The translations under genes and the position numbers were made by a program. A DNA stretch of 64,000 bases from Eledone cirrhosa (taxonomy: Eukaryota). The notes beneath the pieces are model-generated. The model did no database searches, was not told the origin of the DNA, and saw nothing but the letters and a program-made list of their open reading frames with translations. The stretch spans positions 1-64,000 of the forward strand of contig CAXHJY010000130.1 of the NCBI GenBank assembly GCA_964016885.1. Direction: 5' to 3'. Within the stretch, counting starts at the first letter, position 1, and the number at the start of each line of letters is the position of its first letter. This document shows, in pieces, positions 1-11,634 of this stretch.

Positions 1-144
1 TATATAGTTATGTAATAAACAACATAAGGCAATTATTCCATTTACCAGTGGTTTCTTAAAAGCAACAAATTTTGCTTTCAATCATCAGAATGAAAAAATC
101 CTGGTGTATTTATTGACATTGGACTTTTCCGACGGAATTACTTC

Positions 145-251
<107 letters not shown>

Positions 252-825
252 TTTAGAAAAAGATTAGGAAAACTACACACACACATCTACAGAGAGAGAG
301 ACAGAAAAACAGAGGGAGGGGAAAGGAGAGAGATAGGCCGTTAGACAGAGAGAGATACAATTAAAGTGTTAGTTATTCAGAGAGAGAGAGAGAGAGATGG
401 AAGGACAATGTGACACGGGAGGGTGTGTGGTATCTTACAGTGGAGTGGTGTGGGCAGGTGTACCTAGCCGGACGCCAGCCCGGACGGGCCATCTAGTATC
501 TCATAATATTGAATTCAGCATTTCTATAGTAGTGTTCCTCTGTACACAAATTCGTAGCGTAGTTGTTCTCTGATAGTGAGACACAACTGTCTGAAATGCC
601 GGCTGAATAATAATCTTTTCTTTTTCTGTGTACGGAGTAATAGCTGAAAGCATTTACACTTCACCGTTCATTCCTTTCATAACTAAAGCTACTAATTCAA
701 TAACTGTAATTATATTTAAATTACATTTACCCTATCCTTCAAAAATATGATGTTCTTACATAAATATTAACTATTTATTCAATGACGTCACCAAATGAAT
801 GCACGTCATGCAAATTATATATATA

Positions 826-1086
826 TAAAGATACAAAAACAAGATGGCGTAGGACAGAACAAAGGATAGGCACAAAACAAAGAAAATAATCTCCAGTCAA
901 TGAAGAGGTCACAGAATGTGTGACGAAAGAACTTTGACAATATATGAACAACCGTCCGGTTGTGGAACCAACCAACCAACTGGAAATTTATAAATCCTTA
1001 AATTTATAAATTTTATTTATAATAAATTAGAGTGAAAGCAACTGGTACGTGTGTTTCTTATTGGCAACATGACCCTCCCAAAGTAT

Positions 1087-1092
<6 letters not shown>
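826..1092 (+). mobile_element. Solo pseudo-LTR / 3' end fragment of the PLE family at 44114-45783
   Basis: Near-identical to 45520-45783 (aaaacaagatggcgtaggacagaac...gaccctcccaaagtataacaata). Flanked by (TA)n. Hammerhead core mutated to ATGAAGA. Confidence 0.85.
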
Positions 1093-1127
<35 letters not shown>

Positions 1128-1560
1128 CTAGCACAGGTACCCGGCGTTGCTCGGGTATTAAATAGCAGTTATGAATACCATTTATGTCAATACTTCAGTG
1201 CTACTTCGAAAACTATACTTTTACAAAATCATCGCTTTTTTCCCAAAAGGGGTTCCTGCCCCCAGGGGTCCCCTACTCAATATGTGCCAATTCTGAGAAT
1301 TCACATTCATCTGTAGAACAAACGTAGCCCATGTGTCAAGTTTTGTGAAAATCGGTTGCGAACTCCAGAAGTTATGGCGTGTTGTTGCATTGCACTGCAG
1401 TGCTTCAGTCGACTCCAAGGAAGTGGTTAAAGGGGGTTATCTGCTGGGAGGCCCTATAATCAATATATGGAAAAATGAAAGTGCTCATAATGAAAGTGTA
1501 CATAAGTAACCTATGTCTTAAGTTTGGTGAAAATACTGTAGAAATGCATAAGGTTTACAC
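1128..1560 (-). mobile_element. Non-autonomous Helitron-like element, 3' end at 1128
   Basis: The minus strand reads hairpin cccgagcaacgccggg, then tacctgtg, then CTAG|T. The 5' boundary is lost in microsatellite. Confidence 0.6.
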
Positions 1561-2556
1561 ACGCACACACGCGTGCATGCGTGCGTGTGTGTGTGTGTGT
1601 GTTTGTGTGTGTATGTATGTATTTGTGTGTGCATATGTATATGTATGTGTATGTCCGTCGGCGCATACGTATGTACTGGCCTAAATCTTCACTATTTACT
1701 TTTACTATTTTAATAACCTCTGTCATTTTCGTTTTCAATTTTATTTTCATCCTTCTTAAACTCCGGGGCTGGAAATCATTCGGTTATCTACTTATATATA
1801 TAACCAGCAATTTCTCTGTCTGTCTGTCCGACAGTGGAAACACGTGCGTAGAGAGAGAGAGTGAGAGTGAAAGAAAGAGACAGACTACGAGAGGGGGATA
1901 GCGGGAGGGAGAGAGGGAGAGAGAGAGAGTGAATAGACGCTAAAACACGTGCTACAGAAATATTACCTTCCCCTCTCCACTGACTTTGGTCACTGAGGCC
2001 GAGGGAATCGCTGGTTGCTATAGAGACACCTTGCACAAGCCAGAAGTAACCAGTTCGAGGCGGTTCTGACTTGACACTATGCGAAGAAGGTTGCCATTGA
2101 ATTTGTGGTTTGAAGAAGGTTGCCATTGAATTTGTGGTTGTTGCTGCTGATAATAAGGACCATTTGAAGAAGGTTGCTGCTGATGAGGTAATTTATTAAT
2201 CAGATTGCGCAGTTCCATAACCTACGTTTGATTTGTTCAATTTTTTTCTTCAATTTTTTTTTTTTTTTTTTAAATTTCTTATTGAAAAAATATAAATAAT
2301 AAAATAAGGTTAGAAATTTAAATACAATTAAATACGATTTAATTTCCATCTCCAGCAGCCAATGTCCAGTGTTCAATTTTATGAAAAAATTGGAAATAAT
2401 TAAAAAAATTGAAGTTTAACTTTTGAACATTTGTTTTGACAATAAAAAAATATTTCCTTATTCACACCTAATGGTATGATTAAAATTTCATAGGAATATT
2501 TTTTTCTAACCGCCAGTTATTTAAATATTATTAAAAATAAATTTTTTTTAAAAAGA

Positions 2557-3305
2557 ATGGAAGATTTTGTGGATTTTTTTACCACCTTCCAAGCCTTAAG
2601 CACTAATTCTCGCGAATTTGTGTTTTGTAATGACCCTCAGGACGCTGCTATTGTTGATTCCAATAGTGCCTGGTATTCGAATATGTTAGTATACAATTTT
2701 TTGAATAAAATTAAGGCGCAATTAGAGCTGCCAAACAAATTTTTTTCGGCTTCGGCCCATATTATTTTTGGGAAAATTCTATTGGCTCTAATGAGTCTGC
2801 TTCTGTTGGCGTTATTTGCGACAGTCACCATTTCTTGACTTTCAAGTTTGGTTATGCAGCCTCATTACCTGTGCTTGAGCTGGCAGATTCGGGTCTTCAC
2901 TTCAAAAATTTTGACTTTTTTGATCGGATTAAATATTACCTTGATGATGGACACAGGGCTACAGTGAAAAAAATTGGAATTCTGAATGGATTCAAAACTT
3001 TTTCCTTGACCCAAAATTTCGTTTTTAGGTTCAGGGTTCTAAATGTGCAGCAGCAGACTAATGGAACTGATTGTGGTCTTTTTGCAATTTTATTATCTTT
3101 GATATGGGTTCTAAATTCTAATCCCACAAATTTTGAGTTTTCCACTCAGAATCAAATTAATCTGCTCAGAAAATCTTTCAGGGATTGCTATAATATCAAT
3201 AAAATTTTGGAGTGTAATTTTTTAAATCGCAGGGAAGTTGTGAATCCCATTTTATATGAGAATGTTTTTGTTTTCGACCCTATTAGAAAAGCTCTTTCTA
3301 ATTGA
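2557..3305 (+). pseudogene. Ulp1/SENP-like (C48-type) cysteine protease remnant inside the Helitron, split across ORFs 2557-2838 and 2835-3305
   Basis: VQQQTNGTDCGLFAI matches the Q-x-N-x-x-D-C-G catalytic motif. A degenerate ESAPVGVICD-SH-like copy lies upstream. His/Asp region is degraded. Confidence 0.6.
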
Positions 3306-3610
3306 AATCAACTAGGTCTGGCTGCACACCTATCTGACCCCTTGATGATAAATTTCCAAGAAAATCATTATGGAAAAACCTCAACCTTTCTGTCCAACCC
3401 GGTTTTAGCTCAAATCCCAACTATAAAAGGCAATAAAAAGCCAATTATAATTGAGGAAGATCAAAAAAGTCCAAAAATAACCAAAACTGGAAACGAATTG
3501 CCTGGAATCACTGCAGACGTATTGCCAGCTGCGGTAGTTTCGCCTCCAGCTGATAAAACTTTGCCGCCTGCAAAACCGACAGAAGATTCCAAACGCAAGC
3601 CCAAATATTT

Positions 3611-5194
3611 TTGGATCCAGTTTTGGTTGCTGAGTATATGGCTCAGCATAATTGCACCGAAGCCTCTGCGAAAACAGCTTTACGCAGAAAAGCTCAAAAG
3701 GCCTCTGAAACCGAGTCGCAAAGAAATAAGCGACTTGAAAAGCAGCGAAAAGATAGGCAGCGTTCTAGGGGTCAGGAGTCTAAGGACTCAAAAGGCATAA
3801 GGAAGGAAAAAGACCGTGAGCATAAAGATGCTACTCGGCAATCTGAGACTACCGAAGAACGGGAAATCAGATTGAACAAGGACAAAGTTGGGCACCCTGA
3901 GGCCTATTACAATAGGACCTTCAAAAAGGACCCAAAATACTTCCGTATTGCTTTTAAGCCCATAGATGAGGTGGATTTCGACTCGGAGATAATCCACCTC
4001 AAATATAAGGACAATCCATGTGAGCATTGCGGGGCGTACAAATTGCCCTTAGAGCCACCTGGATTGTGTTGCATGAATGGCAAGGTTAAGCTCCCTGAAT
4101 TTGAACGCCCAGGGGAGGAAATCGCCAGTTTATATGAGGGTAGTGACGAATATGCAAAAATGTTCGCTAAATTCTTAAGGTGCCTTAACACAGGATTTGC
4201 CTTCAGTAATATGCACTGTACTGAGCTTCCAATCGGTGAAGTGAAGCCGAGTATGAAAATTCATGGGTTTTCGTATCAAACGATGGTCCAACTTGAGCCG
4301 CAAGCAGGCCAAAGACCTAGATATGCGCAGGTGCACATCTTTGATAAGGAGACCCAAAAACTCGAGAGGGAAAAATTTGAGTTTGAGCCTCGATACCGTG
4401 CAATTCTGAACTATATCCAGGCTAAGTTCAATGATTTCATCCCGGATGAGAATATTCTATCAAGAACTTTCAAAACGGGATACGAAATGCTCGAACAGAT
4501 GCCCGAATATAGGCTGGTGTTAGGGGATTGTCTGCCTGCCAATAAAACTCATCTCCTCCCTACAGTGTCTGAAATAGCGGGGCTCTACCAAGAGAAGGAT
4601 ATTAAGGAACTTGGGAGGGTCATTTTAGTGAGAAAACGGGCAGGCAAAGAAGGATACGTCCGTGTTGACTTCCTAAGCCCGTTTTATGAACCTCTGGGCT
4701 ATCCTCTTATTTTCAATAATGGCCAGAATGGGTGGAGCCGTTGGAACCCGAAAACAGAAACTGGCCATAAAGAAACTTTGTTGCAGTATATCAAGTACTA
4801 TTTAATGGTCCGGGACAATTTTTTCAACCCTCTTATATTGAGCGGTAATCTGTTGCACCAGTATGCGAAAGATATGAAAATGCGTCTGGATTACATTAAT
4901 TTCCAGTTTCAGGTTAAGCATCAGCAAAGGATTAAGGGGTCATATAGGTTTGAATCGGTCGACACTCTAAAGTATTGTGAAAATCCTGCAGAAGTTGGAG
5001 TCGGCGTCGTCCTGTCCGAATCGACTCCTGGGACTCCAAAGTGGTACAAAAAATTGTACCGAGATTCAATGGCACTGGTCAGAGAATTTGGATGTCCAGA
5101 CCTTTTTGTGACCATGACCTCCAATCCTAAACTGCCTGAAATAGAAGAATTATCTCGCAACAACCTTTCTAATTCTGATTTTGTTGAAAATTGA
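3611..5194 (+). CDS. Helitron RepHel N-terminal part (charged region, Zn finger, Helitron_like_N, Rep motif 1), truncated before the HUH motif and helicase
   Basis: CEHCGAYKLPLEPPGLCCMNGKV, YEPLGYPLIFNNGQNGW and GTPKWYKKLYRDSMALVREFGCPDLFVTMTSNP are typical Helitron motifs. Confidence 0.9.
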   Translation: MDPVLVAEYMAQHNCTEASAKTALRRKAQKASETESQRNKRLEKQRKDRQRSRGQESKDSKGIRKEKDREHKDATRQSETTEEREIRLNKDKVGHPEAYYNRTFKKDPKYFRIAFKPIDEVDFDSEIIHLKYKDNPCEHCGAYKLPLEPPGLCCMNGKVKLPEFERPGEEIASLYEGSDEYAKMFAKFLRCLNTGFAFSNMHCTELPIGEVKPSMKIHGFSYQTMVQLEPQAGQRPRYAQVHIFDKETQKLEREKFEFEPRYRAILNYIQAKFNDFIPDENILSRTFKTGYEMLEQMPEYRLVLGDCLPANKTHLLPTVSEIAGLYQEKDIKELGRVILVRKRAGKEGYVRVDFLSPFYEPLGYPLIFNNGQNGWSRWNPKTETGHKETLLQYIKYYLMVRDNFFNPLILSGNLLHQYAKDMKMRLDYINFQFQVKHQQRIKGSYRFESVDTLKYCENPAEVGVGVVLSESTPGTPKWYKKLYRDSMALVREFGCPDLFVTMTSNPKLPEIEELSRNNLSNSDFVEN

Positions 5195-6167
5195 GGTATC
5201 TTTGGCTAACAAAATTAAATTCTAATTAAAATATTAATAGGAAAAAAATTCAAACAAAGTGCTGATTGACTCGCTTGGTAATTGACTCTGTTGATAATTG
5301 GCTCTCTTGATAACTCTCTTGATACTTCTCATCTCGGTAATTTTAAAATATTAATTAAAAATAATAATTATTCAACAAATTATTATATAAGCTTTATAAA
5401 AAAATAGATATACAAAACTGATATACAAAAATAGATATACATATCTGTCTGTCTGTCTGTCTGTGTCTGTAATGCAGCAACTTTTGATCCGCAAAGCCGA
5501 TTTTCAATTTTTCTTTTGTAATCAACCATAAATTTATCAGGGCAGGTCGGCACAATATTGCGAATAATTGACAACCGCTTTTTTTAGGTAAAAAATCGAT
5601 AAAACTGACAATGGGTCAACTTTGCACAGGTTTCTTCCAATCTCGCACTACAGGCTGTGTGTGTCGACATCTGTTTTTAATGATGGTTCATATATCCTAT
5701 TTCTTTGAAATGATGGTTCATATATCCTATTTCTTTGAAATTTTTTTACAGAGCTTCTTCTAGCATAAGACCTGTAATTGAGCGGCACAGGTTTTCAAAA
5801 ATCGATATTGCGGCCTTTGGAGATATATCAAAATTTGGATTATTTTTACCAATGTTCGTGATTAAGTATGACAAGAGTTATCTTTCTCCGCGACCAGCGT
5901 CTCCGATTTCGAACGCTGGTTTACACACACATAATTAAAAGTTATTTAAGTTTAAGCCATCACACGCTTTTAATGTTGTAAAAAAAATGTTTACCGGATA
6001 ACGGATAACACTGAGCTCATATATTAATTATTTCGCTGGAATAGTGCCTAATATTTTCATGTTTACATAAAGTACGTATTTCTTCTATGTATTCAAATTT
6101 ACTTTGTTTACTTTAATGAGCTACATCGAAAGCTACTTCACCCGTCCAAAGGACGGGTACTAGATAG

Positions 6168-6678
6168 TCTACTTATAATATATAATGGGCATTTCTCTGT
6201 TTGTTTGTCTGTCTGTCTGTCCGTCTGAAATTTACACACCTATAGACGCGGTTTCAAATCTCTATACTTTTCAAATTCATTACATTAATCTTTATTCATA
6301 CGTTTCGCTTTACGAGTGTTTCGACTTACGAGTGTTTCGGCTTACGAGTGTTTCAGCTTATCATTATATATAAACGTTTCTATTTCCATCGTTTTATCGT
6401 AAACGTTTATATATTTCCATCGTTATATCATAACGTTTATGTATCATAACGTTTATATTTCCGTCACTAATCTCTTTTTCTCCTTTTTCGTTTTAACATA
6501 TATTTATTTCAAAGATTTCACCGTATAGATAACATATATATTTATACATGCATAAAAGACACACCGAGAGACGGTGAACATGTGGTGTCGAAAACATTTC
6601 TCATTCAAATCTCAACAATATCAGTATATACACTATATTTGCTAGCAGAAAACCGCCCACCGGGTGGTTTTCTGCTAG
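6168..6678 (+). mobile_element. Non-autonomous Helitron (second unit of the tandem array)
   Basis: Starts TCTACTTATAATATAA...(gtct)n immediately after the previous 3' end. Ends with a hairpin and CTAG at 6675-6678. Confidence 0.7.
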
Positions 6679-7468
6679 TCTATATATATAAAACAGAGGA
6701 TGTCTGTGTGTCTGTTTCCCTAAAACTCGAGAAGTACCCAACCGGTTTTTTTCAAACTTTATACATGTAACTCGTATGACCCCGGAAGTGTTTTGAGCAA
6801 AAACAATTCAAATTTTCAATGCCCTAGGGACCGCATTAGGCGATTTAGCGATCTCTTTCTCTTTCTCTTAGTCTTTCTCTTTTTAGATAGATACATAGAT
6901 ATGATGTCGCGCCTTCATAATATCTGTCTGTATGCCTGACTGTCTGCATCACGTCATTATGACGCGATCAGTGTGTGTGTGTGTATATATTCTTATGCCA
7001 GGGAACGTCTTCACGAACCAAAGTATCGTCTTCCTGATTTCCAGATTGATTTTTTTAGTTTAAGAAGATCCCGTTAAGGTTGAAAGCAGCGATTCTTTGC
7101 TTAAACATTAATATGTTATTTTAATATAGATATTCGTGTACAGATATTTTTGCACACACAAAAACAAAATATAAACAAACAAGCCAGAGATTACATCAAT
7201 TAGTCTTAGTGTATGTACTTCATACTGCTTTTAGGTAGAATATCCCGTTAAGGGTGAAAGCAGTGATTCTTTGCTTAAACTTTAGTCTGTTATTTTAATA
7301 TATATATATATATATATAATTATATATTTATGGACAGATATTTTTGCATACACAATAACAAAATATAAACAAACGTATTTATTTCACGAGGTTCGATAAG
7401 GATAAATATATATCAAATATATAAGAACCCTATAGCAAATCCCGAGCAACGCCGGGCCATTCTGCTAG
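6679..7468 (+). mobile_element. Non-autonomous Helitron (third unit) containing PLE-derived repeat fragments
   Basis: Starts TCTATATATATAAAA...gtctgtgtgtctg. Ends cccgagcaacgccggg-ccattctg-CTAG|T. Confidence 0.7.
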
Positions 7469-7577
7469 TTTTAAATAGAATATTAGTCAAACGACTCCAT
7501 TTATACCATAAACTTGGTCTTGTCTTTGCATGAAATTGTTCTTCTCGGTCCACATAACGACATAGTATCCTCGCTTT

Positions 7578-7760
7578 TGTCCGTTCATTGCTAGGGAACG
7601 TCTTCACGAACCAAAATATCGTCTTCCTGTTTTCCTTCGGTTGCAACGTTTCTCGAAATATTTACTTCTGCGTTCACAGATTAAATTTTTTAGTTTCAGA
7701 AGATCCCGTTAATGTTGAAAGCAGCGATTCTTTGCTTAAACTTTAATCTGTTCTTATAAC
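7578..7760 (+). mobile_element. Non-coding dispersed repeat ('CAGAAGA' hammerhead-like family); other copies at ~6997-7110, 7230-7290, 25270-25481, 47818-48003/49729-49832, 50403-50645 and 63682-63845
   Basis: Recurrent gggaacgtcttcacgaaccaaagtatcg...tttcagaagatcccgttaagggtgaaagcagcgattctttgcttaaac, usually abutting (TA)n. Confidence 0.85.
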
Positions 7761-8099
7761 AAATATATATATATATATATATATGAGAGACGTAAGATAA
7801 GAAAATTATAAAATTATAAAAAAATTATAAAATTGACTTACTTACTAAAATATCACTTCCAACTAATTAGTTTCTGGAATGGAGTAAATATATTTTCCGA
7901 AGAATATATAGAAAAGCATTCCGTCGTCAGGAAAGTCTATTTTCATGTAAGTTTCCAGGCATAGCGAGGACTCTGGAAACTTATTAAAAAAATAATTCAG
8001 TGGAAAGGAAATAGCGAAGCGTGGACTGAAATCCTAGCCATTGAGTAAATCACTGCCTCTACGTCTGTGGCAAATTCAAAAAGTTACTAGATATAAATT

Positions 8100-8149
<50 letters not shown>

Positions 8150-8273
8150 AGGAGGTGAGTTTTATTGTAGTACAATAAAGCAATGCAGATATCGGATAAG
8201 AAGCACTCTACAGTTTGTAGGACTGGAGTATACATAATATATAAGATCAAAAGATGGTTAAAAGAGTTCCATG

Positions 8274-8344
8274 TATTTTATTATGCGCATTTCAAAAACA
8301 AATATCATCATGCAATAACATTTGTGTTTTCATCAGATAAAATA
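8274..8344 (-). ncRNA. Type I minimal hammerhead ribozyme with long stem II
   Basis: Minus strand: tattttat-CTGATGA-aaacacaaatgttatt(gcat)gatgatatttgttttt-GAAA-T-GCGC-A-TA-ataaaata. 8-bp stem I, ~15-bp stem II, palindromic loop III, AUA cleavage triplet. Confidence 0.75.
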
Positions 8345-8424
8345 GGAAATGCGCATAATAAAATACATGGAACTCTTTTAACCATCTTTTGATCTTATAT
8401 ATTATATATATATATATATATATA

Positions 8425-9446
8425 TGAGAATAAACGTGCTGCGTGGTTGCTAATGGGTTACATATGAATAAAGTTAGTCCTTCATCAGTGATCTTCCAAC
8501 CATCATTGGTATTTCATCGCTTTAAAGACCATATACCTCCAGTTGGTGCGAGCAACGGCTAAAAAAAGTCGTTGGGACACGTAAATAAAGGGGACACGAG
8601 AGTAAACAAACAAAGATGGTGAAGCAACGAAAAGTGAGGAAGAAAGAGTCAAGTACCAAATTTCCATGAATTGTTTACACTCTCGTGTCCCCTTTATTTA
8701 CGTGTCCCAACGACTTTTTTTAGCCGTTGCTCGCACCAACCGGAGGTATATGGTCTTTAAAGCGGTGAAATACCAATGATGGTTGGAAGATCACTGATGA
8801 AGGTCTAACTTTATTCATATGTAACCCATTAGCAACCACGCAGCACGTTTATTCTCATATTTACACATATTTTTCCCCCGCTGTGACCCGTCTATTTCGT
8901 TCTTACTGCTTCCTCTTTCTCTGTATCTTTCCCCTCTCTAACAGTCACTCTCTCTGTTAGCCTCTTCCTCACCCTTCACTCACTCACTCTCTGTTACTAC
9001 CTCTCCTCCTCCTCCTTCCCGTTTGACCTGTGCGTAATTCTTTTCTTTCGCACCCTTGGTCAGGCAGGTTCGCTTTTTTTCTCTCTCTCGTCTACGATTT
9101 CACAGAACTTATGTTCACCGAATTCACAGACTAGATTCCTTCTTCCTCCCGTTAGACCTGTACGGAATTCCTTCCTTGCTCACATTCCAACCAGGTTTGA
9201 TGGTCTTTATTCTCTCTCGTTCACGATTTCACCGAACTTATATTCATGGAAATTTGGGACTTGACTCTTTCTTCCTCACTTTTCGTTGCTTCACCATCTT
9301 TGTTTGTTTACACTCTCGTGTCCCCTTTATTTACGTGTCCCAACGACTTTTTTTAGCCGTTGCTCGCACCAACCGGAGGTATATGGTCTTTAAAGCGATG
9401 AAATACCAATGATGGTTGGAAGATCACTGATGAAGGACTAACTTTA

Positions 9447-9450
<4 letters not shown>
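8425..9450 (+). mobile_element. Non-coding tandem-unit retroelement (~633-bp unit plus partial repeat, preceded by an inverted copy); non-autonomous PLE / retrozyme-like
   Basis: 8672-8820 repeats directly at 9305-9450. 8425-8671 is an inverted copy. Flanked by (TA)n on both sides. CTGATGA lies in the repeated part. Confidence 0.8.
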
Positions 9451-9485
<35 letters not shown>

Positions 9486-9754
9486 CGGATTCATAGAAAC
9501 ACTTTAAACGTATAACGTTTGATTTGTCCAGGTGTATTTTTTCTCAACCTGTTAGTTCTTTCGTTACTTTGGTATTGTGTGTTAGATTTTGCCTACCACA
9601 ATCTTCAATTTGTCAAGCTATTTAAACGTATGTTATTACTCTAAGGACCTACCTTGTCGAATACTTTGTTAACTCATTCATATAGTAGGTCGAATTTGCT
9701 TGCACACCGCCAAAGATTCGCTTTTACTAAGCATCCAATTATATATATATATAT

Positions 9755-9785
<31 letters not shown>

Positions 9786-9797
9786 TGGGGAGAGTGA

Positions 9798-9829
<32 letters not shown>

Positions 9830-11257
9830 TGCTTTGTACGGCTTTTGGAAGAAGGAGTGACCAGCAGTACGTTGTTCGGTATTATTACGAAAAGGTGTAG
9901 CAGAGAATCCCGCGTGAACTAACAGCTCGTGAGGAAACTGCTTACCTCAAAGATTCATTCGCCATCGTTCTTGTCAACGCTCCGTTTACTTGGTATTTGT
10001 TGGTCTACAGTTAGATGAATGGCGCACAAAGGGTTAATGTTTATTGGCAAGAGGTTTTTGGAATAATAAAAGACGGGTTAAAGCAACCTACAATGTATCT
10101 GTATATACACCACCCACCCCACACGCAACTAACATCACTAACACCCCCCAACCCCACGCACACGTACCCACACACCCTCGTACACCACCAACTCTACACA
10201 CCCTACCACCACTAACCCCCACTCACACCTGCATTCCACCCCTCCCCACCTCCCGTATACTAACACCCACTAACACCTCTTCACCAAACTACACACACAC
10301 CAGTACACCACACTCCCTCCATAGAACCACACACACCCTTCTCTCCCCGCTCCACACTCACTCATCCCACTAACACCCCTACTAATACACACACACACAC
10401 ACACACACACACCCTCCTCACTCCAACTCTCACACCTACCCATCCTCGCCTCCCTACCATTCCGCCGACTGCTGCTATGCCCTTCCGACCACCTCTCAGC
10501 ACCAACTGACCACAGCACTCCCACTGCTGACCACTTCCTGTTGCGCGCGCACCCCACATCTCTCATCTTCCGACCACCGCTTCTTGGATTACCCACACGC
10601 GAAATTGACTTCTAACCAAATCTCCAAACATCCGTGGAACTTACCAACTTTTCAACCATCCTCTTACACCATCACCTATATAACTCACCCACACCCCCCA
10701 CACCCCAAATTTTTTTTTATCCACACGCCACCCACACCCAAAACACGCTTAAACCACACACACGTGCTTCCCACCACATATTTACACCCTCAGCCTCCTG
10801 ATTCCTCTCCCCCACCCCCCTATCCACACACGCACAGACACTCCGACCCACAAAAACACCCCCACACACACATTCCTGAACATGCAACCCCGTTCTTCCT
10901 CCAACCCTCACTTTCACATACACACACACACACACACGCACACCTAACCACACACACCACCTTCAGCCCTCCCCGCTCGGACACCCCGTCTCCCTCTCCC
11001 CACTCCACCCGCCACCACCCCTACTCACCTCACTCCCTTCCACCACCTGTTTACCCCCCTTTTAATTTCAGTTTATTTTGATCATGCCTTTATTTTTAAA
11101 TGTTCTCATTCCTTGTAATTTGATCATGCTTTATTTTTATTTATTATATTTTTTGTCTTTATTTGTTAATTTTTCATTCGCACCGTTTCCTTTCGCTATA
11201 TGTCTCTCCACCACTCCCCTACACTCCTTTTGAACTCTGTTCCCACACACTTCTCAC

Positions 11258-11288
11258 CTGAAGAAGGGCTTATGCCCGAAACGTCGTC
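11258..11288 (+). ncRNA. Hammerhead core in PLE pseudo-LTR (second copy 15773-15803)
   Basis: CTGAAGA-A-GGGC-ttat-GCCC-GAAAC-gtc-GTC. Stem I pairing is not evident. Confidence 0.6.
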
Positions 11289-11634
11289 CCCCACCTACCC
11301 CCCACTCTCCTGAGCGTGAATTTAATAAACATTTATTGTACTGCCTCTCTGTTCTGTCCCTGTTCAATTTTTCATTAAATATAACACACGCTCACACGGC
11401 TTCCATCCTTGGAACTTAACTTAACAACCGGCTCAACCCCGATCTAATCCGCCGTGACCTTTCTCCGAACTTTACACACCTTCCCACTTTTGTCTTTCCT
11501 TCCACGCATTACCTCTGTTTGATTTTGTTACCGTACCCTTTTTTTTCCGTATAAGATTCTTTGCCTGTGTTCTTACAATTGTATTTCTATGATTTTTTGT
11601 TCACGATCGCCTGTGTTATTACCTTTATGATTTT

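Larger units (their letters stand above)
1787..6167 (+). mobile_element. Internally deleted Helitron with protease cargo and truncated RepHel
   Basis: A|TC start (tctacttatatatataa...(gtct)n) at 1786|1787. 3' hairpin cccgtcc-aaa-ggacggg (6141-6157) followed by tactagATAG. Helitron-type ORFs inside. Confidence 0.8.

Noticed and set aside
463-497. Helitron-like 3' end (gcccggacgggc...CTAGT)
   Set aside because: Short weak hairpin with no identifiable 5' end; too uncertain to list.
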